DNA from: Callorhinchus milii
Lineage: Eukaryota
NCBI RefSeq assembly: GCF_018977255.1
Contig: NW_024704742.1
Span: 20,090,001-20,154,000 of the forward strand
DNA: 64,000 bases
Direction: 5' to 3'
Shown: piece by piece, positions 33,714-47,913 of the stretch
How the letters are laid out: each line of letters begins with the position of its first letter
Position numbering within the stretch: the first letter of the stretch is position 1
The notes under the pieces: model-generated
Told to the model about the DNA's origin: nothing
The model's input: only the letters and a program-made list of their open reading frames with translations
Databases searched by the model: none
Program-made: the position numbers and the translations under genes

Positions 33714-35506
33714 ATCAAAACCCTTAAAATTCTCCTTTCCTCTGATAAGGTTTTCATTCTATGTGAAAGGGCTGAACAAGGGCAAGTTGTTGTCATCGAG
33801 GAACCCTGTCAATCAAAGAGCATGAATCAGTAATATAAGAGCACAGGTCGTGCACCATTAATGGCAACCTCTGCTCGAAAAAAGTCCAACAGCATCAAAG
33901 TGTTTGTTGTATAAAATGGCTCTATTGCAATTAGGTTTCTTTGCCATCTAGTTGAGGAAAATACAGTATTAAAATACTCTCTTACAACCAGCTACTTTTC
34001 CAATGTTTATATTGTAAAGATATGGCAGTAAATTGTTAATATCAAAAGCCAGGATTATTATTATTTTATTATTATATATTAGCATGTTATCTAGACATCC
34101 AAACATATTTAATTTAGATCCTGAATGGATTTCCTTATTTGCATTGAAGGCACACTTATTTGCATACGGTGTTAAGTGAGAGGTAGCAAACTTTAAGGAG
34201 ATGGTTAAAACGTACAGTTTCATTATGCTGAAAAATTAAACCTTAAGGCATGTAAAAATCACCATTAATCATGCCATTTCAAACCATAAATTTAAATGGG
34301 ATGGAACTGAACTTCTTGCAAGAATGACTCTGAGTAATAATTATACCGACATGTTGTGTGAGCTTCATTAAGGCCAATTTAGAGGAACTGGAATTGAGTG
34401 CACTGGGACCTCAGCAAATAAGGAGATGATGATATTTAATGAGTACAAAGCATCTTCTATAAAGCTTCATTAAGTTGTACTTTCAGTGAGAAATCATTCA
34501 AAATTAACTGGTAAACGGTGTCTGATTTTTAACAGTGGAGTCAAGTTTATCAGCCTGATGCCTTTTAATGTCTATTTCATATGTGACTAATTTAGCCGAA
34601 AGTTAAAGTGCTGCATTTTCTGCGTGCTCTCAGCTATCTTATCACTAAAAAAAATAACATTTGCTTCAAAGTGATTGGAAGGTATCCAAATTGTATGAGA
34701 GAGCCTTGATAATTATTCAGAGTTCAACATGCACAAGGTTCTGATGTGGTATCATTATATTAATAGACAGATTGGAGAAAGGCTTAAGGTTCTTTATTCT
34801 AAATTGTTTTCATGACACTGATTATTAACATTTTATGTCTTTTTGATGCATTCCCAATCCATGATTTTTACTAATGCAAATTTAATTGTAGACATCTGTT
34901 AAACTGGAATGCACTTAAATACGTATTTTGCTTCATGGTTTACTTTCCATCAAATAAGAATCAAAAGCAGAAGCATCAGTTATTTTGCATGTTTTGAACA
35001 ATTTGAACAATTGTCATTTTGAACAATTGGCCACATATATAAATAATAGCTGGAACAGTGCTTCAGGAACTGGGATAGAATGAGGGCAGCTGTCTGTCCG
35101 AGAGACATGACCGGTACCTGGTAGATGAAACTACCAAAGCATAAGAACTGCAAATGGACCAAAAACGGGCAGTCGATTGATTCCAGTAAATTTAACAGGA
35201 ACCTTTCAGAATGTACAGTTTTATTCCTATTTGCCTCCTTAGGTTATATACAGGTTACCAGCTAGTTCCACGTTGAAAGGATTATTATCTCTGCATTCTC
35301 TACATTATATAGTTCTGTGTTGCACACTGCTCATTGTTATAGTTGAAAAATCTACAAAGTATATGACTTACTTTTCTAAAAGGTTAATAGGAGCTTTAGC
35401 TAATATCTATGTAACCTATAATAGTCTGCCTTTTCACAATGAAAATGTAGTTTTTGTTTTCATCTTCCAATTTATCGTTCTGATATAAGTGACGTTGGAA
35501 AATGAT

Positions 35507-35985
35507 AATAATAATCCTTGTATTTTCCATTTAATATCACATTAACGTCACAAAGAGGTTTGCAAGATTTACTGTAGACTGTAATGACTATTTTGTAAGT
35601 AAATGCAGCAGCCAATTGTGTACTGCAGTGTCCCATAAACAGCCATGAAAGAAAGGCCAATTTTATATGGGGGACTGTTGGCCACAATATTGGGAGAACC
35701 TCCCTTCTCAACAACAATAGCTTGGATTTATATAGTGCCCTTCATGCCTGGTAGAGTCCCGGAGCGCTTGATATGTGCGACTCTTTTTGAATAGTGCCAT
35801 GGCATCTTTAATGCCCACCAAACAGGCAGATGAAACCTTGATTTAACATCTCATCCAGAGAACAGCAATGCAGCACTCGCCCAGCACTGCATTGGAGTAT
35901 CAGCCTGTACCATGAGCTGAAATCCTGGCATGAGACTTGAACCCACAAATCTTTGAGTGCTATTAACTGAACTATGCTACCACCT
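35507..35985 (-). mobile_element. Deu-domain SINE with an L2 tail inserted at ~35708-35770
   Basis: Reverse core GTGCCATGGCATCTTTAATG...CAGGCAGATG..ACCTTGATTTAACATCTCATCC. Confidence 0.75.
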
Positions 35986-36028
35986 GATAATTATAAGGCA
36001 AACAACAAAACTCTGCCCATTGCAAAAA

Positions 36029-36029
36029 N
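36029..36029. other. Single ambiguous base (N)
   Basis: 'tgcaaaaang' in the sequence. Confidence 0.95.
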
Positions 36030-36129
36030 GCCAATTTCCTTGCATGCTTCATTGTTTCATTGTTAGGGATAGTGATAGCGGTTGATGTTGTAAGTTCTGA
36101 TTTCTTTCATGACTAGGAATCAGAAAAAA

Positions 36130-36372
36130 ATGATTGAAGAGTGAAATGAACTTTGTAGAAAGGGCAGTGAAAATGTAGAATGACATGTCCTGGAAGACCA
36201 TGAATGCAGAATCGATCAGGGTCTTTAAAAGGGTGATAAATAGTTACTTAGGAAGTAAGGGCATTAAGGAATATAGAGAAAGAGCAGGGAAATGGGATTT
36301 AAACACAGAGCTAATAAAATGGTTGAGCAGTTTTGAAAGGCTGAATAACCTCCTGTCCCCATGTTCCTATGC
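36130..36372 (+). mobile_element. Degenerate CR1 3' end
   Basis: Encodes NAESIRVFKRVINSYLGSKGIKEYRERAGKW. Confidence 0.7.
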
Positions 36373-39300
36373 TTGAGTGCAGAATAAACAGCTGAAGCCT
36401 GTGAGGGATTGGACCTCTATACATTACATTGTTGAGTTGAGTTGTATATACATGTATGAACAGTGAGCCATTTACAGTTTTAATATAATAAGCATTCTAT
36501 GATATTGAAAATACTGTAGGTCACTTGAATGAAGAGGAACTGTATGTGAACGTGAGATTATGAAGAGATTTTATTCATTTTGCACCCACAATTTGAACTT
36601 TCTGTGAGATAGACAAATGAGAGATAACTAATACAACTGTAACAAAAAAATCATTGTACCACAAGGTTGTGGTCAATGAAACATTTGTTTCAAATACTCC
36701 AAAGGACATTAAAGGAATTTTAAGTATGGGCTGCATGCTGTGAACAAAGGTGTGAATGGAAACGGACTGAAGGTGAAAGTAATTAGCTATCAGAAATAAG
36801 TCAGAAAATTGCCTTTAAAGAGGATATAGCAGGAGACTAACTAATGATCTTGTTTCAAAGAAGACTAAGCTTTCTCCTAAGGGAGAGAGATGTATCAGAT
36901 GCAAACAGTAAGTGTGTAGGCTTTGACTCCTCCGTTTCAAGCTTGAACACATTTTCAAATACCAGGATTGAAAAGTCATCAATCGCAAACCAGAAGTTGG
37001 AAACACTGTAACCTACAGGGCAGCAGGAGGCTATTCAGCCTATCGAGTGCACAGGGTCAATTCAACCCCATCATATCCACAATACTCCTTCAAGCCCCTC
37101 TCTTTTATATACCTGTCTACTATCCTCTAGAAAGCCACAATAGGGTTGCTACCCATTATTTGTGACTCCTTGTTTGCGACTGATATTGCTCGATTTGCTA
37201 TCAGCAGCAGTTTTTTTTAAAAAAATTGGGAGCCTGACAGTCAGCAAGATCTGTTTTCGCAGCCGCAAGTTCTCTTTGCAACCCTTTGCCAGATGTTTTG
37301 GGGCATTTTTTTTGCCTGGGAAAGGTGGCGGAAAGAAACCAGCAGACCTGAGTGTGACATCCACTTCTCATCTGAGGAAAGGCAACAAAGGCACGAAAGG
37401 TCCAACAAATAACAGAAAGCAAAATGCTCGCAGCAAAGTGGCCTTTCAGTGTTTCATAATTAACACATCACATTGACTCTGTTACGAAATACTGTTAATT
37501 TATTCACACAGCTCCTTTCTGTGCGGTCAAAATTCCCAACTTTACATGGAAAGCATGAAGTTATATCGGTCACATATTTTGAGGGATTGAATTGCATTGC
37601 AAATGTTTGGTCCCTGTCTTAATTCAATCCTGTGGCCTATTTGCACAGGTTTTGTGGAGTTACTGCTATTCTGTGCAACCTGTAGCAAGAGCCTCATGAC
37701 CACATGGATTAGGACAAGTTTTTTTATTGTAGAAAATTTTGACATTTTTGGAGGAAAATTAGTACTGTATACAGTATAAAGGGCTCTTTGAGGCAATCAT
37801 ACACAATAGGACCATTATGGGAGGGGCGTGTTAGTGACATCCTATTTCCCTTCTTCCTCCTTCTTTATGGGAGAGACATTTTTCAATTCTGATGCACGAA
37901 TGCCATTCATGATTGGGGGGATGAATTGGCTGCTGATTGGGCTGGATGACAGAAACCTTGGAGCAAATAGTGGGGTTAGTACAGGGGGAGGGGATGGAGC
38001 TAAAGACCTTGAAAGACCCATATGGGAAAGACATGTGTAAAGTTAGTTACCAGAATATACATTCCTTATCGAACTTCATAATGCAGACCTCAACCCCTTT
38101 TCCTTGGTCCAATTACAGATTGCATGCACATCATCAAAATCTGTCTGGTGGTGGCAGCAGGTTCCCTAGATTTAGATCCTTCAGCTACATTCACCTACTC
38201 GCCCCCCCCCCCCCCGCCGCCCTCACTTGTTAGGCACATTCTTCCTCTGAGAAGTAACCATTATGCAATTTCATCACTTTAATCATATGTGACCCCACGT
38301 TGGCTGGTGTTTGGGTTTAACAGTGGTAAGTTCTGCAGTTTGATTCTGTATAATGCCCTTTCTCCATCACCTCATTGTTACATTGCCCATATCAGCCTTG
38401 CCTGCAAATGCTCTCATTGCTTCAGGTCTTACTCTCAGCTCCCTCAGCCTCCCTCAACTAATCCGGGTCCGCCAAGGTAATTTATTTTTGTGGGGCCATT
38501 TCATGATGAACTGGAGAGTACATATGTAGATGAACCAACCATTATCATCGTATTGTACCCCAGAACCTAGAAGTCAAAATGGACTGTGATTGAGTGCAGG
38601 GCCAGCATCAAGTGACCCTGCACTTGTCTCTGTGTGACAAACTGTACTGTTACTGATTCAACTGAAATTATATCTCCACAATACTATGCTCAATAGTAAT
38701 GCTTGAGAAGTGCAGTCTGTGGTAATGAATATTGTTTTGGGATTGCCACATTTGAATGCTGCTTTAGTGGAATACAGTTGAGAGCCTGTTTCACTCACTA
38801 AATTTTGTGTGACCCCAGCCCAAACAACAGTCCTGTGAGGAAAGCCATTGTTAAGAAGCCCATTCCCCACAAAGAGTAGAACCCATTGGTAACCAATGAT
38901 TTTGATGTTTACCTTGTATAATCTCAAGGGACAAAGAGTTATCTGAGCAAGATGTTGGATTGCTTACTAGATTCACTGACTAAATACATGACAGGGCACA
39001 AACACAAAGGGATCATAAGATATCTTTCCCCCAAGAAAGAGACAGCACGTTGGAATACATTCCCATAAAATGTCATAAATATTATTTATGAATGGAGCTG
39101 GCTGAATATAATATGTAAGATGCTCTGATAAAATGAGCTTGAGAAGTCTCAATTGCCAATTCCTAAAGGGTATGGACCAATAGCACATTTAACACTAAAT
39201 TAAATCTCAGTCAGAGAGACTTGAGCGTGCCAGACCTGGGAGGTGGATACCTTCCCAATGGTGCTGTAGAGGGTCTTGTGATGTTCGGGTTGAGGCCCAT

Positions 39301-39990
39301 TATTATAGTACAGTACGTCAAAAGAAATCTTTACTGACCTGTGCTATTACTGACCTGGGAGTATTTAATATTGAATGTCAAAAATAAAACTATTGATCAT
39401 TTCCATTAAATCTTTCCATCATTATATTGGGGGTAAAGATTGTGATTATTATTATTGATCAGTGTGTATATTAGCCACCCATTGAGTGGGGAAAGTGGGG
39501 CAATTGTTTTATTCAATTGTCATCTCTTGCTTTGATGTGTGAAGGCATTTTTATCAAATATATATATTTAAGAAGAAAACATTCTATATCCCATTAACTA
39601 CATATTCTCTAAGTTTTATATCATGTTTGTTTAAATTTGTTTACTTCATTGGCAGATCCCACTTTACAAATAGCAACTTTCCTACTTGGGTGGGAGGTAA
39701 GTGGGGTCCCCCACTTTGGAGCTTCTAACCTGCTTTGCGATGGATTGTCAGAATTGATTCATCTCTCTGTGGCGGTCTCAGTCATCTGGTTCCTAAGTCA
39801 GGAAAGAAAGAAAGAAAGAATTCACATTCCATTCCAGACACAGGGAAATTTCCAAGTGTAGGTGATATGCATATTTCTAACTCTCAGTGAGGTACTCTTA
39901 AACATGGGTTTTCACATGGCAGATATACGACTGACCAAATAAAATTGATAAATAGCTAGGTAGAAAAGGTTAGGCTGGGATGGATTAGCA

Positions 39991-40660
39991 AATAATAACA
40001 ATCCTTACATTTGGTATAGTCGTCTTAAAGCACTTCACAGGTTCTTTATAAAGTGTGGTGTCTGTATATTTTGTGAACAAACGTGGCAGACAATTCGTAC
40101 AGAGCAATGTCCCACAGATAGCCATGAAGTGAATGACCAATTTTATTTGGGAGATTATTGGGCAAACACTGAAGAGAAACTCCCATTTCTTTTGGAATAG
40201 TGGAATCTTTAATGTCTATCAGAACAGGCAGGTAGACGGGACCTCGTCTCATCTGAAGAACAGCACTTCCAACTACAGGAGTCCTGTAGCTCAGTGGTTA
40301 GAGCGCGCGCTTTGCAAGTGAGAGACCTGAGTTCAATTCCAGGCAGGTCAGGGCGAAACCTTGGGCAAGTTTCCTTACTCCACACAGAGCCTAATAATAA
40401 TCCCTCCAAAAAAAAATAATAAATTGGTCATTTTCAATCCACGACTGTTTGTGGGACATTGCTGTGCGCAATTGGCTGCCGCGTTCGCCCACAAAAATAT
40501 AGTCAATTCACTTTACAGTGTGTTCTGTGAAGCGCTTTGGGACATCCTCCTGACGTGAAAAGCGCTATATCAAATGCAAGGATTATTATTATTATTATTA
40601 TTATTATAACGCAGTTTACCTACAGCACTGAATTGGAGAGTCAGCAAGCCTTTGACTATG
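39991..40660 (-). mobile_element. Deu-domain SINE split by the SINE at 40278-40607
   Basis: Reverse core at 39991-40273; resumes with CAGCACTGAATTGGAGAGTCAGC at ~40623. Confidence 0.7.
40278..40607 (+). mobile_element. Young full-length tRNA-Ala-derived SINE
   Basis: Near-identical to 25494-25819; long (TTA)n tail. Confidence 0.92.
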
Positions 40661-40927
40661 TGAGTCAAAACTCTGATGTGAGGCATGCAATATTTTGGCA
40701 ACACAGTATATGTTTTGAAAATACCCAGGTGCAATTGAGCAGCTTCAGCATATGTCAGGATCATGGATTCTACACAACCCTGGGTATTTAGTACTCATAG
40801 CAATGTCATCTTGCCTCATGTCTTTGAGACGTGAGAAATTTTGAAATTTTCAAAAAAAAGAGAAAATTTGAGAAGTCTAGAAGACGCAAAAAAGCACTAT
40901 ATTAAATGCAAGGATTATTATTCTTAA

Positions 40928-41745
40928 TAAAGGGGTGCACGACAATCAGAATATATCATATTTTAGTTTTGTTTAAGCTGTACTTTTTAACATAAATTTT
41001 ACATTTTAGTTATTGCCAATGTCATCAAATTTACAGCTGAACCATTGAGTGTCATCATTTATACTTGAATAAAGAAATTACATGTGCCAGCCAGTTCTGG
41101 CACTGGGCACAATGGAACTAACATTACAGGAGCTTCCCCAGCTGATTCAATGGCATGCAACATTTGCCAGACAGCATGCTACAATCATTTAAGCGATATT
41201 AATTGTGGCTCCCAAATTTCAGCAGAGGTTTTACATGTATTATCAATCTTTTATGTTGCAGAAGTAAAGACTTCAATTTCGGCAGAAGGAAGGAGGGAAA
41301 CCAAATTATATTTGAACTGCTGTAAATTCCAAATTGCTTCATGACAAATTCTCTAAGTTATAAATCATATTTGCAAGAGAGTTTATCCTAAGGTAACAAA
41401 CGTCAGTGCGATTGAAGTGTTTTTTTGAAGTGATTTTCCCGGGAGATCCATAGAAACTTGTGTTTTCATGAGCTCACTCATGTCATGTGACTGATGACTG
41501 GAGTTCAGCACACCATTCTGTGGATGGGATTTTAAACTGAGGTCCTGTATGCTCATTAACATGGACAATGTGAAGGGAATTTCACCTACTGTCCTGGTCA
41601 ACAATCCCCCAAATATAGCAATAAAACTAATATCATTATACAATTATCGCTCCAATATTTAGCCTAAAATGTAAAATTTATGTTAAAAAATACAGCTTAA
41701 ACAAAACTAAAATATGATATACTCTGATTGTCATGCACTCCTTTA
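40928..41745. repeat. 82-bp inverted repeat pair (40928-41009 / 41664-41745)
   Basis: Manual alignment: 78/82 identical, all 4 differences are transitions. Confidence 0.92.
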
Positions 41746-41756
41746 TATATAGTATA

Positions 41757-42049
41757 TAATAATAATCCTTGCATTTGATATAGTGCTTTATCATGTCTTC
41801 TAGACATCTCAAAGCGCTTCACAGAATAGACTGTAAAGTGAATTGACTGTATGTTTGTGGGTGAAACGCGCCAGCCAATTGCGCACAGCAGTGTCCCACA
41901 AACAGTCGTGGATTGAAGTGACCAATCTTATTTTTTTGAAGGATATTATCAGGTGTGGAGTAAGGAAACTTACCCAAGGTTTTGCCCTGCTGGGAACCCA
42001 GGTCTCTCGCTTGCGAGGAGAGTGTTCTAACCACTGAGCTACAGGACTC
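41757..42049 (-). mobile_element. Full-length tRNA-Ala-derived SINE
   Basis: Reverse head TAACCACTGAGCTACAGGACTC ending at 42049; (TAA)n tail at 41757. Confidence 0.88.
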
Positions 42050-45000
42050 TTGTTCTTGTTTCCTTGGTAGCATTTTTGCTTTAACTTAAGTCGCTTCTTT
42101 TTGTCTTTTCTCTAGCTCTTAATCTTCCAAAGTGGACAACAGGAAGAAAAGTCATCATCCAGAATGTTTCCTCAAAGTACAAAGAAGATCTTCTCAGAGC
42201 TCCATGGAAGAACTGCAGATCATAGGGTAGGATCAAAACACTCAGGGCACTACCCAACGTGAAATACAATATAAATGCAATATATAATATATAAATGCAA
42301 GTTTTTGTTGTTGTATGCGAATGCAACATTGTACCAGAAATACATATAACATAATTCTTAATGAGCTCAATTGACTGATAATATCCTTAAGTTCTAAGAA
42401 AGGGAGAGCTGCTTAAGGTTTCTAAGAGGAATTGAAAGAAGCTAACTGCAGAATCTTATTTGTCCATTTAATTCTTTCTGCTCATTTACTCCTAACCCTA
42501 AATCTTAAACCCCCTTTGCATTACTTTGATACCAAGGATAAAATAACCTTCTTGAGCTTTCATCAAGATAACTGGCTATTTGCTAAACAACCCTTGCTTA
42601 TTTAAGCACCTAGGGATGCTTCCCTGTGTGAAGGGCATTATGTAAACGCAAGTCGTTGTTGTTGTTAACTTATTTTGCAACCCGTGGCTCAGGGCATTGA
42701 ATTCAAATCAAGCTAATGGAACGGATAAAGGGTATTAAATGCTAAATATTTTAGAAAGTTCACTTAGCAGCAGGAACTGTGCCAGACAAGGTTCATTTTG
42801 ACAACTTCAAGATGATTTGAGAGGTTATCGACCTTCCCGGAAAATCCGATAATTCCATTCCTAGCAGTCTTCGGCACGCAGAGGTTTTGACATTATAGCT
42901 TCTGACAGGCTCAATATTTAAGCCAGTGAAAACATAATGAGAACCAAGGCTTGGATTTAAATTGTTATCAGAGTGTGGTAACTACGGCCTGAATCTAGAT
43001 AGACCTACCTCAAGTTTAGCTATAAAGTGATTAACAAACTTCCCAGCCTAAGGCCGTGACTAGTCTGTGCCCAAATTATCATTGATACGGTGATGGATTC
43101 ATATTTTTCTATTTCCTCTTTCACAATTGCATGGCATCTGTTCGGTTCATTGTAATCTGTAAATATGACAGAAAATCCTCAGGGGAAAGAGAACCAAATT
43201 GAGATATTGGCAGAAACCCATTCATCATAAAATGAAAATCAATTGTATCCACGACCCGAATACTTTTCAGATTAAGATTATTTTAGTACGCTATACTTCT
43301 CCCCCATCCCCCAGAGCACATCATATCACTTATGAATCCCAGAAGATGGCTAAACCCTTGTTCCATCAAAAAAGATTACTTACTTCCTTTTAAATGCTCA
43401 CTTTGTGTCTGATTGACAGACAAGATAAGAACATCCAGTATTGTGATTCAGTTCAGCATCTAATCTTCACCTCTCCAATGCATTGAATAAAATGGAGGTG
43501 AAAACGGATCAGCTCCCCAAGGCAGAAAATCAAAAAAAATTTCAATGTGTCCGACTCGCGCTGCCACTCATCACTGCACAACCAGACACATCATTCTGAC
43601 CAATTCCAGCTTCATTCATTGCTTCAGACTCAAAAACATCAAACTGTAGTCTTCTCTCTCAGCACGTAAAGTCCTGCTTGCCATTTCTATATCAAGGTTA
43701 TGGTTTACCAGATTATTATTATTATAATAATCCTTGCACTAAAAATCTACATATGCAATGTGAGAGGATAAGTAAATTTGCCTACAAAAGCCACATAGTC
43801 ACACCAATTCACAGTATTCACAGTGCTACTGTGTAGCACTTTGGAACTTCCTTCTGATGTGAAAGACGCTAAACCAAATGCAAGGATTATTATTATTATC
43901 TATTATTATGGGTAGCATAGGGGATGAGACCAATGCAACTCAATAAATATACCCTGGAATCATCTAACAAGGGCACTGAAATCATATTATAAGCCCTAAT
44001 ATTGTTTTTTTAATGTTTATTTATCATCTTCTGTGCTGCAACATTCTATGATTTTAGTTCTGCAGCTGTGGGGGATAGTTTAAAATTAGCATTCATGTTA
44101 AGAATCAGAGGACAAATAATCAGTGATATTGCTTTGTAATGGAGATTCAATATCAGCCGAAGCTGCATTATGTAGATCTTGAAGGTACATTTAAGATTGT
44201 GTTCTGGGGATTAACTAGGAAATTGAAGCCATGTAAATACAATGGAACATCTCATCCACAGTGTAATAGCAGAACACAGTGCCCAAATGCAGCAGGACAC
44301 TGTTCATTGTGTTTGCTTTCAGCCTGATGGTATTTTTTAACCATCCAGACTCCAAGCAGTCAGCCGTGTGAAGGCTACAATGAGCTCAAAATCACAATGT
44401 TTTTATCCATTTTGCGCATTCAGTCCATTGAGTGCTCAGTTGTAAAATCAAGGCACTTTGAATAGGTGGACATTTCAAGGCAATTTTGTAACTTATAATA
44501 TAATAATAATCTATAAATTCTATGAAGGTGACATAAAGAGTCATCTGATACTTGATTCAATTGTTATTTTAGGCTTAGCCGATAAAAGTATCCTCAGAAG
44601 GTTATATTATATGGCACCTAATTTAAAGACACCTCTGTAATCTAACTTTACCAGTACTGTAAGAATAGTCTGAGTCGTGCAGTGAATGAGAGAAATGTCC
44701 TTTCTTCAGTATTTCAATCTCAAATCCGGTTGAGGCTTTTATTCTACAGCAGGCTGTGCTACACCTGATCTTGGAGTGCTGGATGGTGACACTGTGGGTG
44801 TGAGCAGTACTAAATGGTTCAATTTATTATTATTTTATTTTATTATTTTTATTAATTCCTCATCAGTAATATAACACTCTCAAATGGGGCCAAAATATAC
44901 AAAGAATTTGGGCAAAAATAACTAAAAAAATGTACAGTAGTTGTTTTCATTTTGCCGTTTTAGACTTAAAAAGGGGACAAGTTAATCCAGTATAATTGTC

Positions 45001-47239
45001 GGTGCTATACTTATCTTGTATGGCTTAACACTCTTGTCAGTAACCGTACTAGGTAGAGCATTAAATCACATTGGATCGCTATTGCATTTGACACTGTATC
45101 TGATATCAGATCACTACCTTTGCAGGAATTATGGGTCATTTACCGTAAATAAATAAATAGGAATGACTTCAAAATCATACCTCATAAGAATAAGGTTAAT
45201 GCCTTTTGTTAACAAGGAATCCTGGACATCCCTTTTAACATTTGAAAATGGTAAGCACTTGAGCTCAGAGCAAGCTTATGATGATGTCCATCGATTCTTT
45301 TCTGTTCCAAATGGAAACATACTTAAACTTATAATAATCCTTGCATTTGATACAGTGTCTTATCATGTCTTTGAAACATCTCAAAAAGCTTCACAAAATA
45401 TACATTTTAGCCAACCAGTGAAAGCCATAAAGTTTTACATGAAAAAAAGAATAAGATCAGTTGGGAGACTATTGAGAGTATCAAAGATGTTTTTAACCTA
45501 ATAACTCCTGTGATAACGATTCTACTGATCTTGCCATATCTTTAGACCCTTTTTGAGGGATCTGGATAAAATCTTTCAAAAAGCATGTATTCAAAATTCC
45601 AGTTATGATACAAATTAAAACTGTAGAACTTTGAGCCTAAATGAGAGAGATTTGAATAATTTAGATATCATATTGTGGAAGTGTGTCAAAAGTTATAATC
45701 ATGTGGTTTGAATAATTGATGACTGGCACTACGGTAATATCAAGCTATTAAATTCCTTTACATGACATCTTAAAAATCATAAATGATCAGCTGAAATATT
45801 TAATTCTGTTTCAAGGGTATGTATGAGCTACGAATCCTCTGGTTTGGAGGCATGCAAAATTGTAATTACAATAAAAAGTAGGAAAAGTATTCAGTTTTTG
45901 ATTGAATGATATTTTATGACTTTTTACTCCTTCCTCTGATAGCCAAAGTGATCACATTTATTTTAAGTCTAATTTAAACTTTAGCACATTTCAAGGCTAT
46001 AAATGGTAGGATGATTTAGTTCTGGGATTCCTAATTGTGAATATCTTTAAACATTAAAAATTAATCTTTGCATTTGGTATAATGGTTTTCCTGCCAAGGA
46101 GCCCTTCACAGGATCTGGTGTAAAGTGAAGTGATTGTGTATTTGTAAAGCTGACATTCTTCCAATTGAGACTCGGGATTATTCCAGGGGGGGGATACATA
46201 TAATGAATATTATTCAACCGCTTGAAAAGTACGTGTTTCTGACTAATTGAATTGCTCTATGAAACAATATAATAATCCATGTATTTGACATTTCATGTCG
46301 GGAGTATTTATTGCATCAGATTTACTGTGAAGTGGAGTGAATATGTGTTGTCAGTGAACACGGGAGCCCAAATGTTGGTTAGGACACCGGAAGAATCTTG
46401 ATTAGTGCCATAAGATCTTTAATGTCCATCTGAACAGGCAGATAGGAATAGCACGTGTTATCATTGCCATTTACTTGTTCAAGTCTCTATGTACAGATTT
46501 CAAAGTCATGGTGTAACTTGTATTTGTTCTGGAATACATAACCCAGTACTTAGAGTTGTTTGAATCCCTGGTGGTGATACATAATTACTCTTACTCTCAT
46601 TTCTTTTATGAAAAATGTAATGTATTAATTGGTATAAAGATTACTTTTTGGAGATTAGCAATCAACTTTGCTACAGAATTAAATTGTTATACAAAGCATA
46701 ATACAGGTAATATAAGATAATATAGCTAAAGGCTGCTCAGAGCAATGCTCTAAGTTTGACTTTGATCACGAGTGTTTGTGAAAGAAAGCATCAGGGATGC
46801 ATCACAGCAATGTACACGCTTGGGTTCTTGTGATAATCAGAGGGCCTTTTGCACCAGGTTAAACTGGTAATCTTTGTCCTCAGAATTTATTCCTGTAGCT
46901 CATCTGTAATTCACAGCAATCAACTATTCAAAAAGAAGCTTTTACTGTGACACTTGTAAATGAATCCTTTCAAGGGTTAATTGTGAGTTGTAGTAAGATT
47001 AATTTACAATATTCCATTTTCAATCTACTAAGTGCTCTTAATTCCCTGCACAATTATTTTTATTCTGTAAAAATGGATCTAAAGCACCTGTGGGATATCT
47101 GTTAATTGGGATAAATGATGGACGATCACCATCTCCATTTAGACCCGAACACTCTGAACCCACCTCCTGGAGATCCTGGAGAGAGAGTTTAAAATAACGA
47201 AAGGAACTGGTGAGCTGGCGAGTGGCTGATTCTTCCCTC

Positions 47240-47405
47240 TGATGGTGGGATCTACACTACAGGGGCATTATCTTAAAATAGGATACTTGGAAGTGAGATC
47301 AGAAAACATTTTTTCACACAGAGGATTGTGAAAATGTGAAATGTATTGCCGCAGAAGGCTACTTCAAAGTGAGATGGCTGGGACACTTGGGAAATAAAGG
47401 TATTA
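47240..47405 (+). mobile_element. CR1 3' fragment
   Basis: ACAGGGGCATTATCTTAAAATAGG...GAAGTGAGATCAGAAAACATTTTTTCACACAGAGGATTGTG. Confidence 0.7.
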
Positions 47406-47506
47406 TTATTGTCCTGCCCACAACGTGGACATCTATCCCTACCCATAGGGTAATGGTTCTACCAGGTGGAGGTTTCGAGCTTACCTCTTTGTATACCAAT
47501 CTAATA

Positions 47507-47783
47507 TAATAATAATTCTTGCATTTAATATAATGCCTTATCACATCGTCAAAACTTCTCAAAGAGCTTGCCGGGATATACTGTGAAGTGATGTGACTAT
47601 GTCTGTTTTGTGGGTGGCAGCAGTCAATATGCACACAGCAATGTCCCACAAACATCCATGGAGTGTGTGACCAATTCTATTTGGGGAATTGTTAGCCAGG
47701 AATTCCTTTCTCTTTTTGAAGAACACCATGAAATCTTTAACGTCCACCTGAACAGATAGATGGGACCTTGGTTTAACATCTCA
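47507..47783 (-). mobile_element. Deu-domain SINE 3' part
   Basis: Reverse GCACACAGCAATGTCCCACAAAC...ATCTTTAACGTCCACCTGAACAG. Confidence 0.75.
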
Positions 47784-47913
47784 TTGCTCTTCTGATGAAA
47801 TGTTAATTCAAGATACTGGATTGGGGGCATTTACCATCAGGTCCCATCATGACTGGCAAAGCACTGACTGGCACCTTGTACAACAAAGTGAGGGCAGTAC
47901 ACGAGATTTCAAG

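Noticed and set aside
38592..38624. Small hairpin AGTGCAGGGCCA...TGACCCTGCACT
   Set aside because: The stem is only ~12 bp, too short for a pre-miRNA, and matches no miRNA I recognise.
40278..40350. tRNA-Ala(TGC)-like sequence (also at 25750-25818, 33078-33145 and 41990-42049)
   Set aside because: The acceptor stem does not close and each copy continues into a SINE body with a (TTA)n tail, so these are SINE heads rather than tRNA genes.
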